This document shows, piece by piece, positions 1-13,273 of a stretch of 64,000 nucleotides of DNA (its first letter is position 1; every line of letters begins with the position of its first letter). The DNA comes from Spizellomyces punctatus DAOM BR117 (Eukaryota): NCBI GenBank assembly GCA_000182565.2, contig KQ257462.1, one strand, 5' to 3'. The translations under genes and the position numbers were made by a program. The notes beneath the pieces are model-generated. The model did no database searches and was not told where the DNA came from. It saw only the letters and a list, made by a program, of their open reading frames with translations.

Positions 1-62
1 ATAGATAAGGCACTTATTATATCTTGCACAGCTATTTACAGAAATCTACATATTATTGGGTC

Positions 63-2712
63 TTAACCTTCTGATTGAAATGCCCCCAGAGCCATCATGA
101 TGTTTGTGCCAGTGAACTGTACATTGTAGATTGGTGTTCTTTTAGTTGGGTAAGTCCCAAGATGGGACATGCTGAGAACAGAGCAGAGGGTGAATTTGGT
201 GAGTCCAGAAAATCTCCACTTCATACAACATGGGACTTGTATACCTGTCTTGAGCAATGGAATGTGTGACATCTCTCTTCACACCTAGCTCACGCACTTC
301 TGCTCTCTTAGCATCCCAAATGCGCACCGTGTTATCCCCACCACCTGAAGCGAGAACAGACCCATCCTTGCTAAAGCACAGTGAATGCACCACGCCAGTA
401 TGACCCGCCATTGTTTTGATGCGCTTTCCTGATGATATGTCCCACAGTATAATGTTGTGATCCTCACCTAAAGCACCGGTGTCAATATTTCATGATCCAA
501 TGGAAAAGTGGAACAAAACGCTCTGTACCTGAGGAAGCGACCGTTCGGCCATCCGGAGAGAAAGCGAGTGTCTGGACAGCACCTTGATGCCCCTTAAATA
601 TCCGTACACAGGTCCCTTTCTGAACATCCCACAACCGTGCGGTGCGATCGTTCGATCCGGTTAAGAGGTAGCTGCAATTTGGATGAAAGCGGACGATCTG
701 TAGACGAAATGCGGTGAGGTCAAATAAATCTCAAAATGCTCTACGATAGGTGGACTCACATCTACATCTGACAGATGGCCAACGAATACCCGCAGCGGAT
801 ATATGTGGTCGCAACTCCATAAACGTGCTGTCCTATCGTGGGAGGCTGTTGCGAAATACCATCCTTGAGAGCTGAAGTCAACATCCCACACAGGATAATT
901 GTGCCCTTTATAACATGCCACGTTCGAGAATGTATCTAAGCTCCATAATCGAGCTTGCAGAAGGATGTTATTGACGCCGCAAAACTTAAATCCATTACTA
1001 TACATACCAGTTCTGTCTTCAGAACAGCTTACCAGATACCTTCTATCCGAGCTGAAACTTGTTCCGTACACGGGGCCACCATGTCCGACAAGTCGTCTTG
1101 ATGACTGCGCTCCTTGTTCTCCTTTGAAACCTGACTCTGAAGTTTGCCGCAATTCAATTGAAATGATCCTATGGGCCAGATCTACTCAGATGTCACGCGC
1201 TTCAGACGTACTTGAAGTTTTCGTGTCCGCACCGGTAATATCCCACAGTCGAATGAAAGAATCCGCGAAGCCACCCGATACCATTGATGCATCCGGCGAC
1301 AGAGTAAGTGACTGCAAGCTGTAAAGTAATGTTGGTCGGATAGAACAGAGGGTAGAGGACGACGTCATGTATCATGCCCAGCGCACCTGCTGCTGGAATT
1401 GTGAAATGTGTAGCAGCAAATCGAGGGTAGTGCTGTTGAACTAAGTTGGACACGATTGCGGGTTTCCCTGAGACTCTTAATGGCAGCCGGAACGTCGATA
1501 AGCTTCCTTTACATCATTTAAGTTGTTAGAATGTCACCACCTTGCACGGTGACAGCATCGCCGCTTACTTGGCAGGTAGAGTTATTGCTGGGCTATCGGC
1601 GGTCGCTTCTAGCTTGACCTTCTCAAGTTCCTCCAGCAGCTCGCCTGCATCAGGCGGTGCCTGCAGTAGACGATGCCCGGGGTCAAGATGTGCAGCCGGA
1701 TATTCTTTTCAGAGAATACTACCTCTTCTTTGATTTTCCTTTCAATCTCCGTCAAAAAAGGCATATCAGGGGGCAATGTGCCCAGTGCTAATTGCTGCCG
1801 ATTGAAATCTTCCAGCTGATGCACCGATTGACCCACCAAGCCAATTGTCTGATCTTTTTCAAGTCCATCTTCGCCATTTTCAGGTTCAGTTGATACAACT
1901 GCAATAGCGGATGAGCAGAAGGTATAACGAAGGACATCTCAAGAGAGCCAAGGCAGGCGACACACACCTAGAATGCTTATATGCTCGTTAACAATTCTCA
2001 GAAGCAACATAAAGTTATTGTCCTGGAGAAAGGAGAGGAGCAGCTCAAACGAGTAACGGCTCATTCTCAGACCGTAGCGATTGGACCGGAAATTCTGGGC
2101 GAGGTCATTTTCGGAGACGTGTTGCGGCTCGAGGATGGCCGAAAGTCTTGCAATATCCTGCCCGTGAAGTTCCGAATGGTCAACTCTAAAAAGTTCCATA
2201 AAATGTTTCGCTATTATGGGGTTAACAAAATCTCGACGATTACGATCGTTATCGAATATTTCGGCATAGCAACAAATACCTTGATCTCGCAATTCTCGAA
2301 CAATTAGATCCAGATAAGCGTGCACAAATATGGGGAAAAGAATTCCTCGCAGCTCAACCTATAGTATGGTGAACGACAGACAATGTCGATACCAGTGTTC
2401 TGAAAAGTACCCATAGCCACACCTCAGTACCTTATACTTGTCAATGGAGTCGTCCACCCACTTGCGAAGACGACTGTATCCTCTCTCATATGCATTGGGA
2501 TTACTCGCCTCCGCTTCGTTGTAGAATAGAATGTAGTCGGGCACGGAGGCTTCGTGCCGTTGGTGAAGTCCACTATCCAAAGAGCCCTCACTCAAGGGAA
2601 GATTCGCTTCCTTCCGAAAAAAGGCTTCCGTATGGCGATATCCTCTAGTCTTCAAATAAGCAGCGACCAAACGGTCCGAGTGCTCCTGAGAATGTCGACC
2701 TTCTGCCGCCAT
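63..2712 (-). CDS. TAF5: TFIID subunit 5 (LisH + NTD2 + WD40), multi-exon
   Basis: N-terminal LisH-like [14 protein letters not shown]5 NTD2 segments [13 protein letters not shown] and HAYLDLI...FMELFR; WD40 repeats [38 protein letters not shown]-terminal [17 protein letters not shown] 2712, TAA 63. Confidence 0.95.
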
Positions 2713-3331
2713 TGCCGTCACTGGCTCCTGATCTTGTAGATCAGGGGACTAACCGCCGACACTGATCGTTCAAATTGGATCCTCCAAACAGACAATGTCA
2801 CGCGTCCATTGCAAACCACTGACAACCCTCACCCTAACCTTCCATTTTTCCTTTCGCCTTTCCCTGACCAAAGCTTTCAGGTTTGGGTCCAACCGAGTGA
2901 ATATACAGTTGGCCGAAGGCGTCAAATTGCAAAGATAATCCCACATTACATTTGTAGATTACAAGGAAAACGATGCACGATATGAGCTCCATCCACTACA
3001 TATCTTAGTTGTTGTCATCAATCCAGCTTTTAGCTATGATGGCCGATCGGACCATAGAGCACATAGCTCCTCGTTGCCCTTGAACTCTTGAAAAGAACAA
3101 TCTTTTCATCTTCTTTTCACATAAAGCTCTTTTCGGCTAGGTTAACTGCCGCTGAATAAAACAAGACGGCGATTAATGTTCTCATGGTAGTAGCACTTTC
3201 CCTCTCGATCCTTGAAGCGCATTGAATGGGTATCGGCAGGAATTGTACCGTGTACAGGGAATATGTATTATGATTGACAAGTTGGGCGGTAGACCTAACA
3301 AAGATTTTCGTGTATTATAAAGTCAACATCA

Positions 3332-6300
3332 TTACATAAATATCTCTTGCTCCATGTCCGTATCTGGTTTGTCAGCTGGTTCTCCTAGGGTTCCTGCTAC
3401 TGATGCGAGCAAAGCGCCTTCATCAGTAGCTGGCTCTCTGGGCCTGTCGACAACGACGTCGCGAAATAGTGTATCAACTTTAAGGGGGAAGGATAAGTCA
3501 AGCGCAACGTGCTGGCAATCAATAGCCATGAATACCTTCTTTTAGGAGTTCCTGATCCTCCTCTACCTGTTCCCTGTCTTCCTCCTCATCTGCTTCAAGA
3601 GCCTGGGAACTGTCTTCTCCCTCTATTATACCGGACCTCTGTTCGTCGGTTGATACACGTGTGCGTTTCCCTCCCATCCATTTCAGGCCACCAGACCAAA
3701 TCGACTCTGCTATCTCTTTGCTTACCACAGATGCTGTCACCTGGACAGCCTCCCTCTCCTTGAGAACAAAAGTGGACGGAAGACCATGCTCGAAATATTC
3801 CACCAGATATTCATCCCCAAGTACCAGTTCGCGGAAAGTTGAGATGGACACGTGAATACTGTCATCCGCATTTTTACATTGGCTACCATCAGAGGTAGTG
3901 TTTAGCATGAATGCCCGATTCAGAAGTCCAGATACGGCACCAAGATGTCGATCCCCTTCTTCCCGTCGTAGTAAAAACAGAAGACTTTCCGAGAGCTGTA
4001 TAATTTCTTCTTTTATTAAAGTCCCGTCCTGATCTGCGTCGTGAAGCTCGAAAAAAAGACTTAATCGGGTCATCAGATCACTGTGGATCAGCTTGCCCAA
4101 TCCAGTAACAATGTCCTGAAAATTGATGAACCCGTCATGGTCACTGTCAAAGCAATGCTGGAACAGTTTTTCCATGAAGGAGCTTCCTACAAGGGGCTTG
4201 GGTGCCGCTTCTACGCCAAGACGGCTTTGTTGCTCGTCAGCATCTTTTTTGACATTGGCCCACTCGGTCAGTCGCCCCAGGAACATGATGAAGTGGTCTA
4301 GTTCCATTCGATCTGAGCTTTTCTTTTGGGGTTCCTGGCGACCGTAGTATAGGACACTGAAGAACGCATCGCATAAAAAGAGGAGCTCCTCCTTGCTGAA
4401 ACGGGACGTATGGTTCAGATTTCGAACAACGCTGCGCTTGGCGTATAAGTCCAGCCCGTGAACAACTTTTAGCTGGTGGCTTTTACGCAGATCCATGATT
4501 GATTCATGAGTAACGGTTTGGAACTCGCGGTACGCCGTCTATAGGAGCCAGTCTTAGCCGGTGCTATTGCATAAATCTCGAAAACGCACTCACTAGAATC
4601 AGTTGATTGAATTTGGTGATATTCCGCTTCGCTTTCTGTTCATCGGTATGGACCACCTCGCCCAACTTGGCAAAGTACGTCTTCAGTATATTCCTATAGC
4701 CAAATGATGACCGGTAAATCTCCTCTGAGAGCAATGGGAAGCCTAATAACATTATATTTTTGAATACCCACATCAGCTCTCCATCGTCCTTCACTTTCAT
4801 AATTTGATCTCCATTGATCTTAAGAATACCAAGCCTGGTGAGCGGAAGACAGAACCCACGAGTCAGCTTTGCCAGCAATACTCCAAAGAATGTTTTACGA
4901 CTCTACCCTATCTGGAAGAAAACCTAAAATGGACGATATATGTCACACAGCTGAGAGACTAGCTATGGAACACGATTGGAACGCGTATGACTCACCTTCG
5001 GTCCCTCCATAAAGAAGCAGTCAATGATGCGGAGTGCATACGGAAGGGGCAGCGAGTTGATATATAAGCTAAGGAACCAAGGCAAACAAGCGACCGAAAG
5101 CTGTATTTCATTCTTTTTGAAATGCTCCGCCATGATGGGCATATATTTTGCAACCTACAGCAGCGAGGTATGAGTTTACGCAACATGAGTCTTGCAAGAA
5201 TGGAGAAACCACTCACCAACGTTTCGAAAACGTGGTTATCAATGACCGCTCCCACCATGTTGGTGCTACAAATGGTATGCGGTTTAGACAACGTGAATAC
5301 ATCTTGATAATGGAGAGGCAGTGCAACTTTCTGACCTGTAATAACCTGGTAGCATACGGTCGCATAGTACCGTTAGGATCCAAAATGCTTGCTCCTCGGT
5401 AAGATATATGAGGAGAACGCTCACAACAATGTTCATTGCCTGGCAGTAACCAATTTCCGGTTCTATCGAGGCATTGTGCGCAGAAACTGTTGGTCAGACG
5501 ACCTGCAACATCTTGCACCAAAACTTCACGTACCGTGCCACGAGAACGCCTGACCGAAGAAAGCAAGAAAATGCTGTCAACCGATAAATATGCTTTCTCA
5601 TGTTTCAGTCAGTACTCACATATAGAACACGTCGAAGGGCATTAATGCCCTCTTCTGTCTGATATCTAAAGGCAAGTAAGCAGGTTTCCGGCAAGCTCGG
5701 GATCATCGTCCGATAGAGTATGAAACCTTACCCACTGTATTCTGGTAAGCTCCTTTACTCCAGAAGACTCTGGTTAGGTTTCCATATTTTAATTCCATCG
5801 GAGACCACATCCCACCTATTCAAGTCTTTTTCAATCTCTTCTGTCGACAATGAAACCTGCCCGGAGTGGTCTCTATGCAGCTGCTCATAATAGCCAGTGT
5901 TCATGTATCTGATATTGAGAGATGAGACTCCATTCGCAATAAAAACTGTGAAGCGTACACGTACCTCTTATGGATCGCTCCACAGCAAACTTCCCAAATC
6001 TCCCCTATAACGAGGTATGAAGCATATTCTGCATGTGAATGGCGGGAGCACGACAATTACCCCTCAAAGTATTCGGCAGTCCTATCCGGACAAGCTTAAT
6101 GAAAGTAGGCAGTCGGATCAAGGTAAGATTTCGCCCAAACTCTGCGATTCAAGCTCCGTGGGTTCTCAATCTCCAGTATGTATCAGGCATATAACGAACG
6201 CACCTCGAAAGTAAGCAACCCAGTAGCGCAGTTTGTTTTTCTCAGCTGCCCTGTTGTAACAACAGTAATTCCACGCTGATTAAGCGGCTCCTCCTTTCTT

Positions 6301-8171
6301 CTGTGCAAGATGCAAGATACAAGAGAGTTTCAAGACATACCGTTTGCCGTCCACAAACCCATACTTAAGACCCAAACCTCCCATCTGCACTTCTTTGCCG
6401 TTCAGTAGTTCTTCTGAGGGACAAGTCGCAAGAAATTCCTTCAGCCGCTTCATCAGTCCGACGTGCGCCTGGAGTCGGTCACGTAACGTCCCACAGAATT
6501 TGTCCGCGGACTGTTTATCGCTCGTCATTTGCAGATGCAGTTTTAGTTGATGGCGAACAGTTATGGCAATTGTCGACATTTGACTGTTTATCTTTTCTAC
6601 CCGCATGATTGCGTAGAAAGGTAGAACCAAATAGCATTGATATTTTGCCGAGGAAATGAAACAAATATAAGTATCTGATAAACTGAGTCTTCCACTGAAG
6701 CTTGACTTCGTTCCTGAGATCGTGCATATTGCAGTGATTTCTTCGAGGAGACTTTCACTTGCGGGCAGGTTAAAGACTGATTGAAATTTCGCGTTTCTCT
6801 TCTGTTCTTCAAAGCTTTGCTTCAAAGGTCGCGTACCCGCTCCCGGGCCCTTTAAAGAACCAACGATCCCAGTAATAGAGCTCTGTTCCTGTTCCTGCAA
6901 CGATAACCCAGGAGCTGGCTCCGTGGCTGTGCTTTTCAACAGTTTCTGCATAGCAAGGTTTGTCAAGTGTTCTAGAAGATCATAGGTCTCATCACGGTGG
7001 AAGAGATTTGAAAACACATGCTTGATAGTAAAACAAATATAAGAAGTCCAACTCGGGAATAACGCGCGACTTTCAAAGGCACTACCTCTGTTTTATTTCT
7101 CAATTTTATTTTAATGGCATCCGCAAATACTCCGCGCTTAGATTTGTCTTTAGCTAGCTCCTCAATGTCCTTTAACTCGATCATCACCTTCGTTTCTACC
7201 CCAAAGACGAAGGAGTAGAAGCATAGATGCGACACCGATAGATACAGCCAGCCTTGGTTCAGTAGCTTTTTATGATAGGAGCAGCTATAAACTGAATTGA
7301 GCACGATAAGAATATCGTAAATATGTGCGCAATTTTCGTTGAAAGGTGCGTACAGTTCACCAGTCGTTCGTCCTCAGGCAGATGGAAAATCTGCCGCCAT
7401 GAGCGTGCAGCGGCTCGAAACTTTGCGTCGCTGGATTTCTCGTCCGTGTCTTTTTCTTTGTATTTATATTTGGGAGTCAGTGCAACTGTAATGAACCGTC
7501 GCGGCGATAGCGGGGGGGGGGGGGGGGGGCGTACCTTCACTCGTCACCAGCGATTGGAATTTGGATACCGCATATGCTTCTTTATCAGATGCATCCTCCA
7601 ACTCCACTACTTCGGGCATCAAGTTTTCTGAAAACGACATTACAGTCAAGAGATATAGTTCAAATGAAAGCATGCACAGTTTGAGTACCTTGTATCCAAG
7701 TCCAGTCTTTCTCCATTGCCTTAAGGGTGTCGGCGGTCTAAACATAGTGAACAGGAACCGGTAATAGCAATCCTCCCAGGATAGTGTATTACGTCTTTCA
7801 ACTTACTGCAACCATGTGTCCGACATCGGGACTTTCGGCACTTCTTAACAATATGCGAAATGGTGGCTGCTTTGTGTCAAGTCTGGAGTTCATTGGATTT
7901 AGAGTGTGACGACTGCTTGCATAAAACTTTCTACGAGCTCGAGACCCGTGCATGCGAACACTTACACATTTTGTATAGTGGCCCAGAGTGATTTTAGTGC
8001 TGTACCCTCCTGTTCCTTGAGACGCTGGAGGAGGAAAAGATCATTTTCCTAACATTTGGGGGCCTTATTGTAGGGGACACATGTGTGAGCTGAGCAGCGA
8101 TATAACAAGTTACTCACCTTTACCGTTTCCCAATATGAGGATATATCAACTTGAGAAGGTAAACAAAGCAT
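3332..8171 (-). CDS. GYP2: TBC-domain Rab GTPase-activating protein with GRAM domains and EF-hands (TBC1D8/9, Mdr1/Gyp2 family), multi-exon
   Basis: Spliced N-terminus [27 protein letters not shown]...PFRILL...KDWTWIQENL parallels TBC1D9; GRAM segments [10 protein letters not shown]...[15 protein letters not shown] and [28 protein letters not shown]-hands [10 protein letters not shown] and DADQDGTL. Confidence 0.9.
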
Positions 8172-8858
8172 GTTGCAGTGGATCGCTCTCGCGTCGGGTC
8201 AGTCCGCCGTCTCTGTTAACGCTGTTCCAAGCTTACGAGACCGCCATCACTTCTTCCACGTGACTTTCAATGCTGGTCCTGTCAAAAGACCAACTGAAGT
8301 CGTAGCAAGATCAGTTGGCTGCGTTCATACTGATGTTCTTGTAACCGTTGCTGAAAATGCCTTCTAGACGCTATAACAATATTCTTGCAGTATCGGCTTT
8401 TGCAATGTGCGCTTTAATGTGCGTTTTGGTTTAACCTTGTCAAGGTGTTCAAGTTTCCATGTGCTTACCATAGCAAAAAAAAAGGTCACAAAGCAGATCA
8501 TGCCCAAACTTGAGGATATTCCTGCGCAAACGCAATTACATGAGGTATAGATTTGCATGCATCTTCCATTTGGCCAACCATTGCGAGGGTGATGCAGAAA
8601 GAGCAAGCTCTGTGATTACGTAGGCGTTTGGTTTTCTCCTGCACGCGTGCGTCATCGAAAAATTGTTGTGCTTGGGCCAACCGCTCATCCTCTCCGCCTT
8701 TTTTTGCACTGCAGCAATATATTTTCATTTTTGAAATCGGCGTTTGCAAATCGTCCATTGGCGAGAAAGTACTTTTCAAACGTACGTTGCGATCTTACTA
8801 GTCCCAGTGACAGACGTTTGAGAGGCCTTGCCCATCTGAAGCCGACGTCCCTTTCACG

Positions 8859-10265
8859 ATGGCTGGCGACGCCCCCCACCTTGCGTTCCAAGCAACTCCA
8901 CTCTACCCCCATACAACTTTGTCGCTACCGAACCCACTACTTCGGCTACTGAACTATAACCCAAAAACGGGCCTCTGCCATAAAGGCTGGAATGACTTCA
9001 TCCTGGCATCACTGTTTGCTGCCCTCTTCCTCGTTTTGCGGAGGTATCTCTATACTGCTGTCTTTCCCGTATTGGCAAAACGCATGAGAGTGGCGGGTGG
9101 TCGAATGAATCGGTTAAAGTTCTCGGAACAAGCGTGGCTATTCATATGCCACACCGCATCCTGCGTTGCGGGTTCTATTCTCTTGGTCGGGAAAGACTAC
9201 GCCCCAGCGCTATTTGGAGAGAGGGAAGGGCAAAAGCACTTCTGGTTTGGATATCCGCATACACACCGATTTTTGGACCCAGTGTTTAAGGTAATTAAAA
9301 CAAGCTTTACCCCTCTGAGCCTGGTGATGGTTACAATCGCCCACGTCCTCAATATCCTAATTCCGCTCCTGACTGTGTCTCTCTAGTTGTTCTACTTTAG
9401 TATTTTGGGATATTGGTTGCATCATTGCGCTGCTCTTGCGATTGAGGGTTTTCAGCGGGTGGCATTCGAACGCGCGAAGCTCCAAGGGAGGCGAAGATTG
9501 GCCCATGCGCCAAAGCGATCAGACTTCTGGCCGTTGGCTGCTCATCACGCCATCACGGTTGCGCTGGTTGCTACATCATATTATATGAATTTCACTCGCG
9601 TGGGTCACATCGTCATTATTTTGCTTGACGTGGCAGATATCTTCCTACCGTTGGCTAAGGTAAAGCTGCATTCGAACACGTTTTTATATGGATATTGGTG
9701 GTGTCATTGGTAAACTAAAGCATTATTCTGGATTGGCCATCAGATCTTAAAATACACCCGTCATCAAACCATTTGCGATGTCGCCTTTGCGGTGTTTACA
9801 GTATCCTGGGTGATAACGCGACACTGGTATCTTTTACTTGTCTGCGTGTCCATGTGGCGGGATTCGTTATTATACATACCCGAGACATCACGAGTATGGG
9901 ATCCTTGGGGCACCGAGTGTTTCTACTCCATGAAGGTGTACTGGTTATTCCTAGGACTATTCGCGGCCTTGCAAATATTGCTTCTTTACTGGCTTGCCCT
10001 GATCGTGAAAGTGGTCATAAAGGTGGTCAGAGGCGGAACGGCCGAAGATGTGAGGAGTGATGATGAAGAAGAAGAGACTGAAGACACGCTGGAACCGAAT
10101 GAAGGACAGTCTAAGAGTTTAAGGAACCGCAAGCCTCGAGTGGGAAGACCTCTGAATACAGCCACCTTGACTTACAACAAAGGCAAAAGATCTGGCAGTG
10201 GGGTTGAACTACGAAGTGGAGATTGGGATGCGGTTAAAGAAGGCGAATTCCGGAGGCGGCATTGA
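8859..10265 (+). CDS. LAG1: Ceramide synthase (TLC/Lag1 family), 3 exons
   Basis: KFSEQAW and the Lag1p motif RSDFWPLAAHHAITVALVATSYYMNFTRVGHIVIILLDVADIFLPLAK; C-terminal EDVRSDDEEE. Introns ~9291-9386 and ~9660-9744. LAG1 versus LAC1 orthology not resolved. Confidence 0.9.
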
Positions 10266-10789
10266 CGTTGATGGTGTGTAATAGTGGTATTCGGTGGTAT
10301 TTAGGGTTGATGAATGTAGGTTTAAGCATTCTTAATGACTGGAGAATTATGTCTTGTAAAAGCAATTTCTGTATCAGAGCGGCAAATAGCACAGTCTGTC
10401 TTTTTATAAGAGCGGAAGAGATGTAGCATGCCAAGGGGGTGTGGGTACTAATACAACTAATGTGTCGGTCCCTCCACATTTCGTTCCCTCTAATTTGGGG
10501 AAATCATCGTTCAGGTAATATTTCGCGTCCATCCACTGTTGGACTGAAATGCTTGGCAGAAGTCCGCGGATAGAATAGTCTTGGTATTTATAACCATCAA
10601 AGGGCTGAGAAGGATCGCTTCACCCACCGGACTGGGTGGCGCTTGGTTACTGGCAGGTGTCCCCAAAACACCATGGCGTTGGGATTGCAGTGATGATATC
10701 GCTGAGACAAATCTCTGGGATAGGAACCTCGATATATCGTACTCAGCATCTCGGCTGGAGATCCGTTCATGTGTCATTATTTCGGACCT

Positions 10790-12722
10790 TCATATCACCG
10801 TGCCTTCTTTTGCGGACCACACTCGTATCAGCCCATCTGCACTTCCAACAACTACGTACTTGTCATCAAATGCGAGCCCGGTTACTGCTTTCTCAACTTC
10901 GTTCTGGCAGTTTTCTCCCATCAGTAGGACTGGTCCCTCTCCGCCTTCAATTGTGCACCCTTTCAGGCAATACATGCTTTTCCCTGTCAAATGATTCCAT
11001 ACGATGCACCTCCCGTCGCTGCTACCAGCTATCAATTTCCATTCATCCAATTGCGCGCACAAAGTCCATTTACGCATTGTGGTTGCTGGCAATAAGTTCT
11101 CAGTTGCATTTCCGTCAGCCGCCACTGGCCCCGTTCCAGTGCCCGTGGTGTGTCTGGGAGTGGATAAGGTAGCTACAGGTCGGGATGCCACTCGTACCGC
11201 GTCTGTCTTATATACACCCTTCAGTTTGAAGGTAGTTCTTGCGTTTGCCCAATCCCGTATGTTTTCATAAACGATACCTGATCCGAGATCAGTTTCGTAT
11301 GGACACACATCATAGAAAAACACTCGCCCTGAGAAGGTGCTGAATAGCAAAGATCGGCCATTATAGCAGATACACGAGACGGGATCGTGATCCCCTCCCG
11401 ATGTTCTTCTCATATCTGCATCGTGGTGCATTTTTCGCAAGGAGAAGAACACAGGCAGCTCGAGAGACGTATGGATTTTTACGATGCTCAGACAGTTTCC
11501 GCTATGGTAATGACAAGTGAGCCACACTTCGACATAATTGATATTTATCCATTACAACACATTGTCACCTTTGGACGTGCCATATTCGAAGACAACCCTG
11601 AACATCTCCGCTGATCAGTACATATTGCGTGAAGTCCAAACATTTAATGCCGGCCTGATGTCCTGTCAGCGTGCGCAGCATAGTAACTTTATCCAACTGA
11701 TTCTCAACGGCAACAGTTTTCGTATTTCGACCATTTCTGGTGGGTGACCGACTCCGAGAAATTTTAGAATTATTGGCCGGAGCTTGAGCCAGTTCCCAAA
11801 TCTTCACAGTTCGATCAGCCGAACCGGTTATCAGAATCATAGAACTGAATTTTAGACAAGTGATTGCATCCGTATGGCCCACGGAAGCATGCAAGAGCGT
11901 CCCGGTTTTGCTCGCCCATATGCGCACCATACCATCTGCACTGATATATATTGCACATTGTTAGTACCTTTTTGGCTTATTGAACTGAAGTTCCTACCTT
12001 CCGGTGATAATCTGGCGGTCGTCGAACTGCACACATGTAAAATCCTGTCCACTTAAACTCATCACGCATTCACCTGTGATCGCGTCGTGCATTCGGACCA
12101 GCTTATCTGCACCAGCAGTCACAATTCGTTTTCCATCGAAGCACAAAGACAAAATGGCCAAGTTGTGCGCCTTGAATTGTATGCATTCTAGTTGACCTTC
12201 AGTCCAATTGCTCAATGAGTGAAGACGCTTCGCATTGATTTTCATTGCTTCATGGCATTGATAATATTCTGTGGCCAACGTTCCTAGTCCAATTCGAGTA
12301 TACAGCTTTTGCCACAGGAGCCTGTCTTTCAAAACCTGGCGCCATGCCTTACTGACCTGTGCTACTGTGCAAAAGTCTCGCGGATGTATATAGAAAACAA
12401 TGCGGTGGCTAGCTTCTCGCGGGAGAAGCCGCAAGAAGTCTCTGTGAAGCCGCGGCATAACAGCAGCTAAAAATACCATGTCTGCGGGGTTGCATTGCTT
12501 AAGAAGAGCAAGGAGAATGCTATGTCGATGCGGAGGAGACAGCTGCGGGAAAGATTGGAGGAATTGCGCTGTTACAGACTCGGATGTATGGGGGAAGTGG
12601 TTCAGTTCCAAGGCTGGGGATGCAATCGGCGGACGGTTTGGGACACGACGTTTTGAATCGGGAAGGATTCGTCGCTGGGCGCTAGCAGGTCGATGCATAT
12701 CGGCAGCATTCCGATGGTTCAT
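10790..12722 (-). CDS. F-box/WD40 protein (Cdc4/Met30/beta-TrCP-like SCF substrate receptor); start uncertain
   Basis: F-box RDFLRLLPREASHRIVFYIHPRDFCTVAQVSKAW followed by WD40 repeats GHTDAITCLKF...TGSADRTVKIW, GHQAGIKCLDF and FDDKYVVVGSADGLIRVW. Confidence 0.85.
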
Positions 12723-13273
12723 AGGGGCATATGAAAGAACACCCAGAATACACCATCTGCAATTCTCGTTTCTGTCAGCTTGCTTATGTCAGGGTCATAT
12801 AAGTTCGCGCCAGTCGTCATTCCCAGAATCTTCTAAGGATTTTTGCTCTGTACTCTAACAAATCCACATGTCTACGTACATGGGAGTGAGATTTTCTGCA
12901 AAGCGATAACATTTGTAAGGGACATAAGCCAGAAGTATTTTGAAGACCAAGAGGACCAAGAATCGTCAAAACACGGCCCGTCCTATTAAATGTCAGTAAT
13001 GCATCGAAAATATCAATCCCGAGGGACACCGAATTCTCCTCGGCAGTTGAAGCTATTTGAAGGTGACATAGATGGGCTTCCGCATCAAGGGTATGTGTTG
13101 TTCTTGACATGTCACAAATCGGCCTACAGCTTGAACGGTTGCGATGAACGGTTGCGATTGAGCCAGTCATCACGACGAATCACGTGCATATGAAGGATCA
13201 CGTGCCAACTTGGTTTGACTGCGCTTCTGCATTTGCCCTTCGTACAGTTCTGCGAAGACAACTCGAAATCATC

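Noticed and set aside
3030-3070. Hairpin as SECIS or ncRNA
   Set aside because: Lacks the SECIS core arrangement and no in-frame UGA gene is nearby.
7512-7529. Poly-G run as coding poly-Pro or a functional G-quadruplex
   Set aside because: Lies just inside an intron of the TBC gene; simple homopolymer with no further support.
8364-8779. Small minus-strand ORFs between the TBC and ceramide synthase genes
   Set aside because: No recognisable domain or coherent splice model; lies in a divergent promoter region.
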